In this document: piece after piece, positions 27,895-35,812 of the stretch
Layout of the letters: every line of letters starts with the position of its first letter
Position numbering within the stretch: position 1 is the stretch's first letter
DNA from: an uncultured Gammaproteobacteria bacterium
Lineage (GTDB): Bacteria; Patescibacteriota; Microgenomatia; JALYQM01
DNA: 64,000 nt
Direction: 5' to 3'
Assembly: GCA_964403585.1 (NCBI GenBank)
Contig: CAYOFQ010000001.1
Span: 648,630 to 712,629, forward strand
Made by a program: the position numbers and the translations under genes
Notes under the pieces: generated by a model
The model's input: only the letters and a program-made list of their open reading frames with translations
Database searches by the model: none
Told to the model about the DNA's origin: nothing

Positions 27895-29452
27895 GCCGGT
27901 GGTACTGCTCATCTTTGATGGATTTGGTATCGCTCCGGCCAGCAACGGCAATGCGGTAACTCAGGCCAATATGCCTAACTTCCATAATTTTTCAGCACGG
28001 TTCCCGCACGGTCGGCTACAGTCAAGCGGAACCGCAGTTGGACTTACTCCCGGTGAAGTCGGTTCAACCGAGGTCGGTCACCTCAATATGGGCGCCGGGC
28101 GGGTTGTGTATCAGGATTTACCGCGGATCAATATGTCTATTTCCGAAGGAACATTTCTGACCATCCCGGCACTGGTATCTGCCGCAAATCACGCCCGCGA
28201 AAATAATTCTAATCTCCATTTAATGGGGCTGGTCAGTAACGGCAATGTGCATGCCTCTATTGAGCATCTCTATGCATTATTATGGTTTGCCCGGGCGCAG
28301 GGACTATCTCAAAATCAGGTAAAAATCCATGCTTTTTTGGATGGTCGGGATACTCCGCCAACATCGGGGAAAATGTTCCTGGCTCAAGTTGAAGAGAAGG
28401 CCAGTGCCCTACAAATTGGACAGATCGCCAGCATCGCCGGAAGATATTATGCCATGGATCGCGACAACCGATGGGAGCGTATCGAAAAAGCATACCGTGC
28501 ACTGGTTTTTGGTCAGGGTGACACAGCACATTCGGCTCAGGAGGCTATCCAAAACAGTTACAGTAAGAACGTCACTGATGAATTTGTCGTGCCAACCGTA
28601 ATCCTTGATGATCAGAACCAGCCTGTAGGCCAAATAAAAGATAACGATGCGGCGATTTTCTTCAACTTTCGTACCGACCGCCCGCGTGAGTTAACCAAGG
28701 CCATTGTTCTGGATAATTTTAATACTACCGATCGGCCCGCCTTTGACCGCGGAACTAAAGTAAGCAATCTGTTTTTCGTCACCATGACTGAATATGACCG
28801 GGAACTTACGGTGAATGGAATTGCCTTCCCACAGGAAAAAATTAACATGCCGTTGTGCCGTGTCCTTTCTAACCACGATTTACGGCATCTTCATATCGCC
28901 GAAACTGAAAAGGAACGATTTACGACATTCTTTTTCAATGGCATGCGCGAGGACCCGTTCCCGGGAGAGGAACGTATTTTTATTCCGTCACCCAAGATTC
29001 CGACATATGATTTAAAACCTGAAATGTCGAGTTTTGAAATTACCGACGCCTTTCTGAAAAAACTCGATCAGCAGTCTTTCGATTTTTGTGTTATCAACTT
29101 CGCTGCTTCCGACATGGTTGCCCATACCGGAAAGCTTGATGCCGCTATTAAAGCCTGCGAAGCCCTAGATATTTGCCTTGGAAAAATCGTCAATGCCGTT
29201 TTAAATGTTGGCGGAGCAGTGTTGCTGACAGCCGATCACGGCAACGTCGAAAAAATGATCGATGAAAACAATGTTCCGGATCCCGAACATACCAACAATC
29301 CTGTTCCGTTTTTAATTATGGCTAAAGAATTAAACTCACTCCAGCTCCCGTATGGAATTCTCGCCGATGTTGCTCCAACGATTTTGGCTTTAATGGGAGT
29401 TCCAAAGCCATCTGAAATGACCGGACGGAACTTGTTACCGAGCTCACATTAA
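27875..29452 (+). CDS. gpmI: 2,3-bisphosphoglycerate-independent phosphoglycerate mutase (iPGM)
   Basis: Near-canonical iPGM: PVVLLIFDGFG, GRYYAMDRDNRWERIEKAY, NFRTDRPRE, FAASDMVAHTG, LLTADHGN. The nucleophile context reads GSTEVGH rather than GNSEVGH, placing Thr at the Ser position. Confidence 0.88.
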   Translation: MLDKAIKPVVLLIFDGFGIAPASNGNAVTQANMPNFHNFSARFPHGRLQSSGTAVGLTPGEVGSTEVGHLNMGAGRVVYQDLPRINMSISEGTFLTIPALVSAANHARENNSNLHLMGLVSNGNVHASIEHLYALLWFARAQGLSQNQVKIHAFLDGRDTPPTSGKMFLAQVEEKASALQIGQIASIAGRYYAMDRDNRWERIEKAYRALVFGQGDTAHSAQEAIQNSYSKNVTDEFVVPTVILDDQNQPVGQIKDNDAAIFFNFRTDRPRELTKAIVLDNFNTTDRPAFDRGTKVSNLFFVTMTEYDRELTVNGIAFPQEKINMPLCRVLSNHDLRHLHIAETEKERFTTFFFNGMREDPFPGEERIFIPSPKIPTYDLKPEMSSFEITDAFLKKLDQQSFDFCVINFAASDMVAHTGKLDAAIKACEALDICLGKIVNAVLNVGGAVLLTADHGNVEKMIDENNVPDPEHTNNPVPFLIMAKELNSLQLPYGILADVAPTILALMGVPKPSEMTGRNLLPSSH

Positions 29453-29806
29453 ACTTGACAAATTTTTACAGAACAGTCACAGTGGAGTCACAACTCTATG
29501 ATAGACTATCTGCTCAAACTCTATTATTTTGCAACGAGTTCCTGCATTTATTGTGGAGGATTTGTTGAAGAATACAGTTGGAAAAAAGCATTTTGTATCG
29601 ATTGTGATAAACGAAACTAGTTATGATAAAATCTACTGCCAATATCATTCTGTTTATCGTCCTGCTCCCAATGGTTTTATTACTGCGTTTTGCAGTAGCT
29701 CAACAGGAAGAATAATAACAAGTGTTATATAAAAAGAGCCCTCATTTCTGAGAGCTCTTGGTGACTGTTACTCACTTGGCAGCAAAGTAATTGAGTCTTC
29801 AAAATT

Positions 29807-30424
29807 CTATTGATACTTACGGATCACACCAACAACTTTACCTTGAATTTGAACATCGGTTGCATAGATAGGTTGCATGGTACTGTTGGCCGGTTCAAGA
29901 CGAATACGGTTTGGCTCTTTGTAAAATCGTTTTAATGTAGCTAATCCGTTTTCAAGCAAAGCTACAACTATTTCACCGTTGCGGGCTGTCTCCTGACGCT
30001 CAATAATAACGAAATCGCCATCTAAAATCCCGTCTTCAATCATCGACTCGCCTTTAACTTGCAGTACATAAGTCGGCTTTTTACCTGAAATCATTCCTGA
30101 ACTGACTGTCATTGCTGCGTTCGGGTCGGTAAATGTAGCAATCGGCTGACCAGCGGCAATGTACCCGAGAATCGGTAACTCTACGCCTTCCAGCATATTG
30201 CCCATCTTTTTTTCCAGAACCTCAATCCCGCGCACCATACCTTCGTATTTCCTGATTAATTTTTTCTTCGTCAATGCCTGTAAATGTTCGTGAACAGTGG
30301 CCAACGACTTTACATTGATCGCATCGGCAATTTCCTGCAAGGTAGGAGAGTAGCCATTCTTCTGAATATATTGTGAAATAAAATCTAATATCTGACGCTG
30401 CTTTCGGTATACTATAACGGGCAT
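29807..30424 (-). CDS. lexA: LexA repressor (S24 peptidase)
   Basis: N-terminal winged HTH (ILDFISQYIQKNGYSPTLQEIADAINVKSLATVHEHLQALTKKKLI) and C-terminal S24 autoprotease domain with GESM Ser and KR Lys. Confidence 0.9.
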   Translation of the reverse strand: MPVIVYRKQRQILDFISQYIQKNGYSPTLQEIADAINVKSLATVHEHLQALTKKKLIRKYEGMVRGIEVLEKKMGNMLEGVELPILGYIAAGQPIATFTDPNAAMTVSSGMISGKKPTYVLQVKGESMIEDGILDGDFVIIERQETARNGEIVVALLENGLATLKRFYKEPNRIRLEPANSTMQPIYATDVQIQGKVVGVIRKYQ

Positions 30425-30488
30425 GGTATCCTCCTGCTTTAAACTAATGTATAAAAGTAATTTTTTCTCTTTTCGGTATATCCCTATT

Positions 30489-30509
30489 AAACCCGAAAGC
30501 TTCGGGTTT
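30489..30509. promoter_or_regulatory. Palindromic hairpin AAACCCGAA-agc-TTCGGGTTT in the lexA / LPXTG-gene divergent intergenic region (candidate operator or orphan terminator)
   Basis: Perfect 9-bp inverted repeat with a 3-nt loop, followed by TTTTG. Located about 65 nt upstream of the lexA start (divergent orientation). Confidence 0.45.
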
Positions 30510-30671
30510 TGTCAATACTAAATATTTGGGTTTTTGACGGGTTTTTCTAAATAATCGAAGGTAAAAAGATTTAAAATACAATTTAAATAGAGTTAAGAGG
30601 GCTAATTGTACAATGTAAATAGTGTGTTATAATAAGAGTATCATTAATTATAAGTACAAGTGTTTACATAT

Positions 30672-31121
30672 ATGAGAATCGCAGCTGGCGTTATCGGTGT
30701 ACTTTTATTATTAGCGATAATATACTTTTTTCTTCCGGCAGGAGTTAAGAGAGTCGTTAATCCATTCTATCGTCCAACAACAACTGCTGTTCGAACCTCT
30801 CCATCTCCGTCCGCAGGTGTTACGATCACCCCTCCGGTAGGATCAGCAGCTCCCGACGCGTTTGTTAATGCTACAGGGACACCACGTCCGTCAGGATCGG
30901 TACTTGCTCAGGCTACCGGTACTGCTCGTGCTACCGCCACACCACGGGCTTCAACGACCGTTGATCCATTTGCATCCGCTTCACCAAGCGGGACCCAGAT
31001 CGCGTCCGCTAATTTACCGGGCACCGGTGATGAAGAACGCAATCCTGAACTACTCGTAATCCAGCTCTTAGCCAGTATACTGGTTATAATGTTCGGGTAT
31101 AAACTGAGTAGACATCTTTAA
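30672..31121 (+). CDS. LPXTG-type cell-surface protein (sortase-substrate-like sorting signal)
   Basis: N-terminal signal/TM (MRIAAGVIGVLLLLAIIYFF) and a T/P/S/A-rich mature region. The C-terminus is LPGTG, then hydrophobic LLVIQLLASILVIMFGY, then basic KLSRHL, which is the classic sorting-signal architecture. The track start at 30660 is GTG. Confidence 0.7.
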   Translation: MRIAAGVIGVLLLLAIIYFFLPAGVKRVVNPFYRPTTTAVRTSPSPSAGVTITPPVGSAAPDAFVNATGTPRPSGSVLAQATGTARATATPRASTTVDPFASASPSGTQIASANLPGTGDEERNPELLVIQLLASILVIMFGYKLSRHL

Positions 31122-31265
31122 TATACTACTTCAAAGCCGCTAAAAATTTAATCAAATATTCTATCGGGAAAAATCATGTATGAGTAATCCAGTGGGATAC
31201 AAATTGTATATTAATACAAAGTGTACCCCACCGGGTCTCATCAGCTATGACGATTTGCGAAAAAA

Positions 31266-31949
31266 CTAGGAAGCGGTAGGGGTACAGCCGGCTGCTAATG
31301 CCGTTAATAAGGCTTGTTCGGCTTCGTTTTCAGCTGCAAGAAGAGCTTCTGCTGCATTATCAGCCTTTGCCCCAGCGGCGGCAGCTCCGGCTTTGGCATT
31401 ATTAAGCGCAGCAACCGCGTTTTCATGCGCCAACTTAGTCGCGTTAACTTCTGCCTGAAGCAACGTGATTAGCCCTTCGTCACCTGGTCTCGGATAACGA
31501 TCAATTCGCCTCAAGGCAGATGCCAATCGATCCTGGGCACCCTGATAATTTGCCCAAGCTAAGTCAACAGCAACGACTGCTTGGCGCACCCTTTCATCTG
31601 CAAGGAGACTGTCTGACTCAGCAGCATTGTACGCAGCTTCAGCGGCAGTTTTAGCAGATTCAGCTTGTTTCCAATCTGCAATCAGTTGCTCGCACTGGGT
31701 TGGCGCAACAACAGGCGCGGGCACAGGTTCGGGTAGAGCGGGTTGTCCAGGCTCAGGGGCAGGCGCAGATTCAGGCTCCTGAGGTTTTGCTTCGTCATTC
31801 GAGGAAGCCGGGCTGCCGTCGTAATTCACGACACATACTCCAGGCCCCGCCCAGACTTGACAAGATGACGAAGGCCGAGCGTACACACTCCCCGGTAGAT
31901 TTAATAATCCACCGAGGGCCAGGATCAAAGCTGCATATCGCAGTCCCAT
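31266..31949 (-). CDS. Secreted Ala-rich coiled-coil-like protein (hypothetical); locally elevated GC
   Basis: Signal peptide MGLRYAALILALGGLLNLPGSVYA, a P/E-rich linker and an Ala-rich, heptad-like C-terminal half. Sampled GC is about 55%, above the roughly 45% baseline. Confidence 0.6.
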   Translation of the reverse strand: MGLRYAALILALGGLLNLPGSVYARPSSSCQVWAGPGVCVVNYDGSPASSNDEAKPQEPESAPAPEPGQPALPEPVPAPVVAPTQCEQLIADWKQAESAKTAAEAAYNAAESDSLLADERVRQAVVAVDLAWANYQGAQDRLASALRRIDRYPRPGDEGLITLLQAEVNATKLAHENAVAALNNAKAGAAAAGAKADNAAEALLAAENEAEQALLTALAAGCTPTAS

Positions 31950-32253
31950 GATCCCCTCCTTGAAATAAGGTTGATAAAAGGCGACAGTGTAGTGTTAGGA
32001 CGAATAAGATCACTTAAATTTGAGCTCGATACTTAAAGAGAGCTTATTTATCCCAACAATACAAGTCGTTTAATTTCGCAATTGTCAAAGAACTGATGAT
32101 AAAAAGAACTAATCAACTGCCAAAGTAAGGCTAAATCACCCTACACTGAGAATTGATAAGGGTAAACTGTAGCATGAAATAGTTGAAAAGCCAATATTAT
32201 AGGCTTATTAGTGTGCCGTTGACAGCTATTAAAGGATCCTTAATCATAGAGAT

Positions 32254-33612
32254 ATGAAATCTGCTATTACTTCTTTATCCTTAGTTATTATTTTTCTGGC
32301 TGTCTCTATAGTCAGCATCCAATCTAATAATTTACCTCTAGAGCAAGACGTAGCCGGTGCGGCAGGATACTCGGCATCTACGTCAGATTGCAGAACATTT
32401 ACAATAAATGTTCCAACTCCAGGAGGAGACACTTCAATCGCAACGCAGTACTATTTAGACGCACGGGATATAAATGCAAAATTTTCTATTTACACCTCAC
32501 CTCCGTTTGAATTCAAAGATAATTCGGGGAACTTGCTCTTGAAAAAAGATGTAACACTAATCGGGAGGTTAATCCCGGCAACTTGGAATATATCTATTAA
32601 ACGGGTTATCAATAGGACTGTTCTCGCAACTATCAGTAATGTAACGTGTTCATTCCCGACCTCATTTCTTTTTACTGCGGTAGGCGACAGTGGTGCAAGT
32701 GCGAATGCAGCCAATGTTTTTAAAGGAATAGGTAAAGTCCGTCCTAATTTTTCAGTCCATCTTGGAGATATGGGATATGGAGAGATTTTACCCGAAAGCG
32801 AATGGGCAAAATTTGTAAACAATAATATTGACACAGGCGCAGGAACACAACTTTCTGCAAGCTTACCGTATATGCTGATTGCGGGTAATCATGAGTCAGG
32901 AGGAGAAAGCCCGGGTGGAGGGCTCATTGAAAATTATGCCACGTATTTAACTAACCGTGATGTGCCTATCTCAGGTACGTATTCTAAACAATACTATTTT
33001 GATTATCCTTCTTATTCTACATCAGTGACGGGACAAAAGTTGGCCCGCTTCATTGAAATTTCACCCGGGATTACATTTTCTAATGGAGGATTATTTACGT
33101 ACACAACAGGGACATCACGGTATAACTGGGTAAGTTCCACTATTGATCAGGCAAGAACTGCAGGCATTCCCTGGGTAATTGTAAGTACGCATAAAAACTG
33201 CATTACTATGGGAAAAAAAAGATGTGAAATCTCAGCTGACCTAATGAACTTGTTGATATCTAAAAGAGTTGACCTCGTATTGCAGGGACACGAGCACGAT
33301 TACCAGCGCAGTAAGCAATTAAGATTATCGTCAAGTTGCGTAGCGGTGCCAATTAATCTATATCAATCAAATTGTGTGGTTGATGATGGCAGTGACAAAC
33401 TATATACCAAAAATGCAGGTACAATCTTTGTTGTAGCTGGCACAGGTGGCAGGAATTTAGACCTTTTAAACACCGCGGATTCCGAGGCAGGTTACTTCGC
33501 AGCCACAAGTTCGCAATATGGATTTCTTAAAGTTAATGGAACTGCAACTTCTCTAAATGTATCCCAACTATCTGCTTCAGGAAGTACGATAGACTCATTT
33601 TCAATCAGGTAA
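32254..33612 (+). CDS. Secreted calcineurin-like metallophosphoesterase (purple-acid-phosphatase-like)
   Basis: Signal peptide plus the metallophosphoesterase motifs GDMGYGE, AGNHE and GHEHDYQR in canonical order. Strongly AT-rich gene (about 30-35% GC sampled). Confidence 0.75.
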   Translation: MKSAITSLSLVIIFLAVSIVSIQSNNLPLEQDVAGAAGYSASTSDCRTFTINVPTPGGDTSIATQYYLDARDINAKFSIYTSPPFEFKDNSGNLLLKKDVTLIGRLIPATWNISIKRVINRTVLATISNVTCSFPTSFLFTAVGDSGASANAANVFKGIGKVRPNFSVHLGDMGYGEILPESEWAKFVNNNIDTGAGTQLSASLPYMLIAGNHESGGESPGGGLIENYATYLTNRDVPISGTYSKQYYFDYPSYSTSVTGQKLARFIEISPGITFSNGGLFTYTTGTSRYNWVSSTIDQARTAGIPWVIVSTHKNCITMGKKRCEISADLMNLLISKRVDLVLQGHEHDYQRSKQLRLSSSCVAVPINLYQSNCVVDDGSDKLYTKNAGTIFVVAGTGGRNLDLLNTADSEAGYFAATSSQYGFLKVNGTATSLNVSQLSASGSTIDSFSIR

Positions 33613-33625
33613 ATAATACACTAAT

Positions 33626-34306
33626 CTAATTGAAAGGTTTCTTAATAACAGTAATAAGTTGAAATAACCATCCAATTGATACGACGCCGATCATATTCGT
33701 GATCAGAGATATATAACTTTCGCGAAGTTCCGGATTGGCATCAATATACCCAAGCAATCCTACCCCGGCAAACAGAGGAACTAACATTAGTATTAGAATT
33801 ACTCCAATTGGCAGATGTAGTTTATTGCCGACAAAACTTATCCCACTCATTCCCATCGTTAAAAGAAACAGCAACAGCGGTATCAAAAAAAACTCACTGA
33901 CTAATCGATAGTATTCGGGAGCGATAAAAAGGAGCGCGGTGAGTTCTGAACGATATTCACTAAACAGAAATGATTCCAGGTACACACTCAGCGCGAATGA
34001 GATCCAGAAAAACTTATACGGATAAGAAAATAACCAAGACAATAAGGTACCTTCTTTCACAGAAATTAGCTGACGCTTTTTTGGTATCGAGATTTTTTTA
34101 GGAAGTAATTGATGCAGAGAAAAAGGCACAAGTATTGCTAGGATAATTGGAAGAAAGAGGATAAAACCAGGCAACTCACCGGTGTAAAAATGAACCATGC
34201 TCCGCACGACAACAAGCACTGCAAAACCGGTCAAGGCAAAGTCAATAAATGATGTCACATATTCATCCCAATAGCCTAAATAACGTGCATACGGTTGCGG
34301 TTCCAT
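33626..34306 (-). CDS. Integral membrane protein (hypothetical, about 6 TM)
   Basis: Multiple hydrophobic helices. AT-rich like its neighbour. No motif recognised. Confidence 0.55.
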   Translation of the reverse strand: MEPQPYARYLGYWDEYVTSFIDFALTGFAVLVVVRSMVHFYTGELPGFILFLPIILAILVPFSLHQLLPKKISIPKKRQLISVKEGTLLSWLFSYPYKFFWISFALSVYLESFLFSEYRSELTALLFIAPEYYRLVSEFFLIPLLLFLLTMGMSGISFVGNKLHLPIGVILILMLVPLFAGVGLLGYIDANPELRESYISLITNMIGVVSIGWLFQLITVIKKPFN

Positions 34307-34542
34307 ACTCCTATGGTAACAAAAGCAGAAAAATAAACCAGGCAGCGAATTTTGCGACAGTTTACAATGATAGTATAATATTCCCGCTCAATTATTTTAG
34401 CGCTTCACTTTCTCAATGAGAGGAATCTGAGGAAAATAATAATTCGGCAATGCTAGTACGTTGAAAATTAATCGTCACTTGGGTTGCAGAAAAATGAACA
34501 TGAATTGTCGTGTTCAGAAACTGCAACTCAGGAGGCAACAGA

Positions 34543-35367
34543 ATGGGTAGACGAATTCGGAAAGTCCCAGGCCTGGTATGGCTGGCACTGATCGCGCTGC
34601 TGCTGGCGTCGTGTGAGGGAAGTCCCCTCACGTCGGAGCCGACAGCCCAACCGGCCATCGCAGTCACCGGCATCACCGCGGCACCGAGCCCAACCACGCC
34701 GCCAACGGACGCGCCAACGGCCACAACTGCCCCGAGCCCAACGCCGCTGCCACCCAGCCCGACCGCAACACTGACGGTAACACTACTACCGACGGGCACA
34801 CCCATCCCAGTTGAGCTGCCGACATTGATTCCTGCCACCGCGTCTCCAAACACGGTGATTCTTGGCGGCACGTTTGAGGCCGGTACATCCCAAGGCTGGC
34901 TGACATCCTCGCCCGATGTAACGAATGCCATTGGCACTACCGACGAGCACCACACTGGTGCTGGCGCACTGCAGATCAACGTCAGGGCCGGCCAAAAGGC
35001 AACCTTCATCTCTACCTGGATCGATACGGGGCGGAACTTGCCGGAGGGGGTTGATTCTCTTGGCCCTCGGGATCTGAACAACGCGCCGATGGAGGCGTGG
35101 GTGAAGGTCACCTTCGCTAGCGACAAGAAGGTAGCCATTCGCGCCTTCGCGCGCGATACTACCGGTGCCAATAACCTCGGCGAAATGGAATGGGTGAGCA
35201 GTGGTGAATGGCACAAAGTTGAACTCCTGATTGGCAGCGGCCAACAGGATAGCGGGTTTAACCCTAGGAATGTCACCGCGTTTGGCGTCATGCTCGACAG
35301 CTATGAGTATGAACTCGGAGAAGGTGACCATCTCTACATCGACGACTTGAAGATCATCGACGACTAG
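34543..35367 (+). CDS. GC-rich putative lipoprotein with T/P-rich linker and C-terminal beta-sandwich (CBM-like) domain
   Basis: Lipobox LIALLLASC and a long TTPPTDAPTATTAPSPTPLPPSPT linker. The C-terminal domain (GGTFEAGTSQGW...YIDDLKIIDD) resembles carbohydrate-binding/jelly-roll modules. Sampled GC is about 63% versus about 45% background. The overlapping minus-strand ORFs are judged to be GC artefacts. Confidence 0.65.
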   Translation: MGRRIRKVPGLVWLALIALLLASCEGSPLTSEPTAQPAIAVTGITAAPSPTTPPTDAPTATTAPSPTPLPPSPTATLTVTLLPTGTPIPVELPTLIPATASPNTVILGGTFEAGTSQGWLTSSPDVTNAIGTTDEHHTGAGALQINVRAGQKATFISTWIDTGRNLPEGVDSLGPRDLNNAPMEAWVKVTFASDKKVAIRAFARDTTGANNLGEMEWVSSGEWHKVELLIGSGQQDSGFNPRNVTAFGVMLDSYEYELGEGDHLYIDDLKIIDD

Positions 35368-35439
35368 CATCGCATAAAGTAAATCAACGCAAAACAGCGA
35401 CTGAGCTGGTGAGCAAATACACGCAACTTTATGCCTATC

Positions 35440-35472
35440 GGTAGGTGTCACTTGAAAGGGTAGACACCTACC
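35440..35472 (+). terminator. Hairpin (perfect 10-bp stem GGTAGGTGTC / GACACCTACC, 13-nt loop) downstream of the GC-rich lipoprotein gene
   Basis: Inverted repeat read directly from the sequence. The downstream T-tract is weak (ctcacttatattctt), so terminator function is tentative. Confidence 0.45.
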
Positions 35473-35557
35473 CTCACTTATATTCTTAAATAATTGAGGA
35501 TATAAATGAGGGAGTCTTGCACTAGTATTTGATGGAAGAAAAACGCATACTAATGGT

Positions 35558-35722
35558 ATGCAACGGTATAAACTTCTATTACTCTTATTTATTTGTACCT
35601 TTCTTATTACGGCAGCTACGGTAGTAATTCCGTATACCGGATTAAATTGCCCAGGATACGCCGCCACCTGCTATAACGCCGGTTCGTTACTAACTGGATG
35701 CTCTTTACCATACTCGGCTTAG
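35558..35722 (+). CDS. Possible small secreted Cys-containing peptide (54 aa)
   Basis: MQRYKLLLLLFICTFLITAATVV signal-like N-terminus, then IPYTGLNCPGYAATCYNAGSLLTGCSLPYSA. No clear SD. Below the ORF-track size cutoff. Confidence 0.3.
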   Translation: MQRYKLLLLLFICTFLITAATVVIPYTGLNCPGYAATCYNAGSLLTGCSLPYSA

Positions 35723-35812
35723 GCATTATGAAGGTATCCACGCTCATTACATCCAAGAATATCTAACATCTGTGGTGTGGACTTTCGGTTTTTATTGGGT
35801 TACAATAGAAAG

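Noticed and set aside
29453-29806. 67-aa ORF (29529-29732) and a GAGCTC-centred palindrome between the convergent gpmI and lexA genes
   Set aside because: The ORF has no start signals or motifs. The palindrome, aagagc...gctctt with a 14-nt loop, is weak as a terminator. Left uncalled.
31266-35472. Calling the GC-mosaic region a mobile element or genomic island
   Set aside because: No integrase, transposase, direct-repeat boundaries or flanking tRNA were seen. The compositional anomaly is reported as a finding, but no mobile_element feature is asserted.
34413-35667. Long minus-strand ORFs (34413-35291, 34786-35667, 34673-34906) overlapping the GC-rich lipoprotein gene
   Set aside because: High GC suppresses stop codons on all frames. 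The plus-strand ORF has a lipobox signal, a coherent T/P linker and a folded C-terminal domain. The minus-strand translations are low-complexity with no features.
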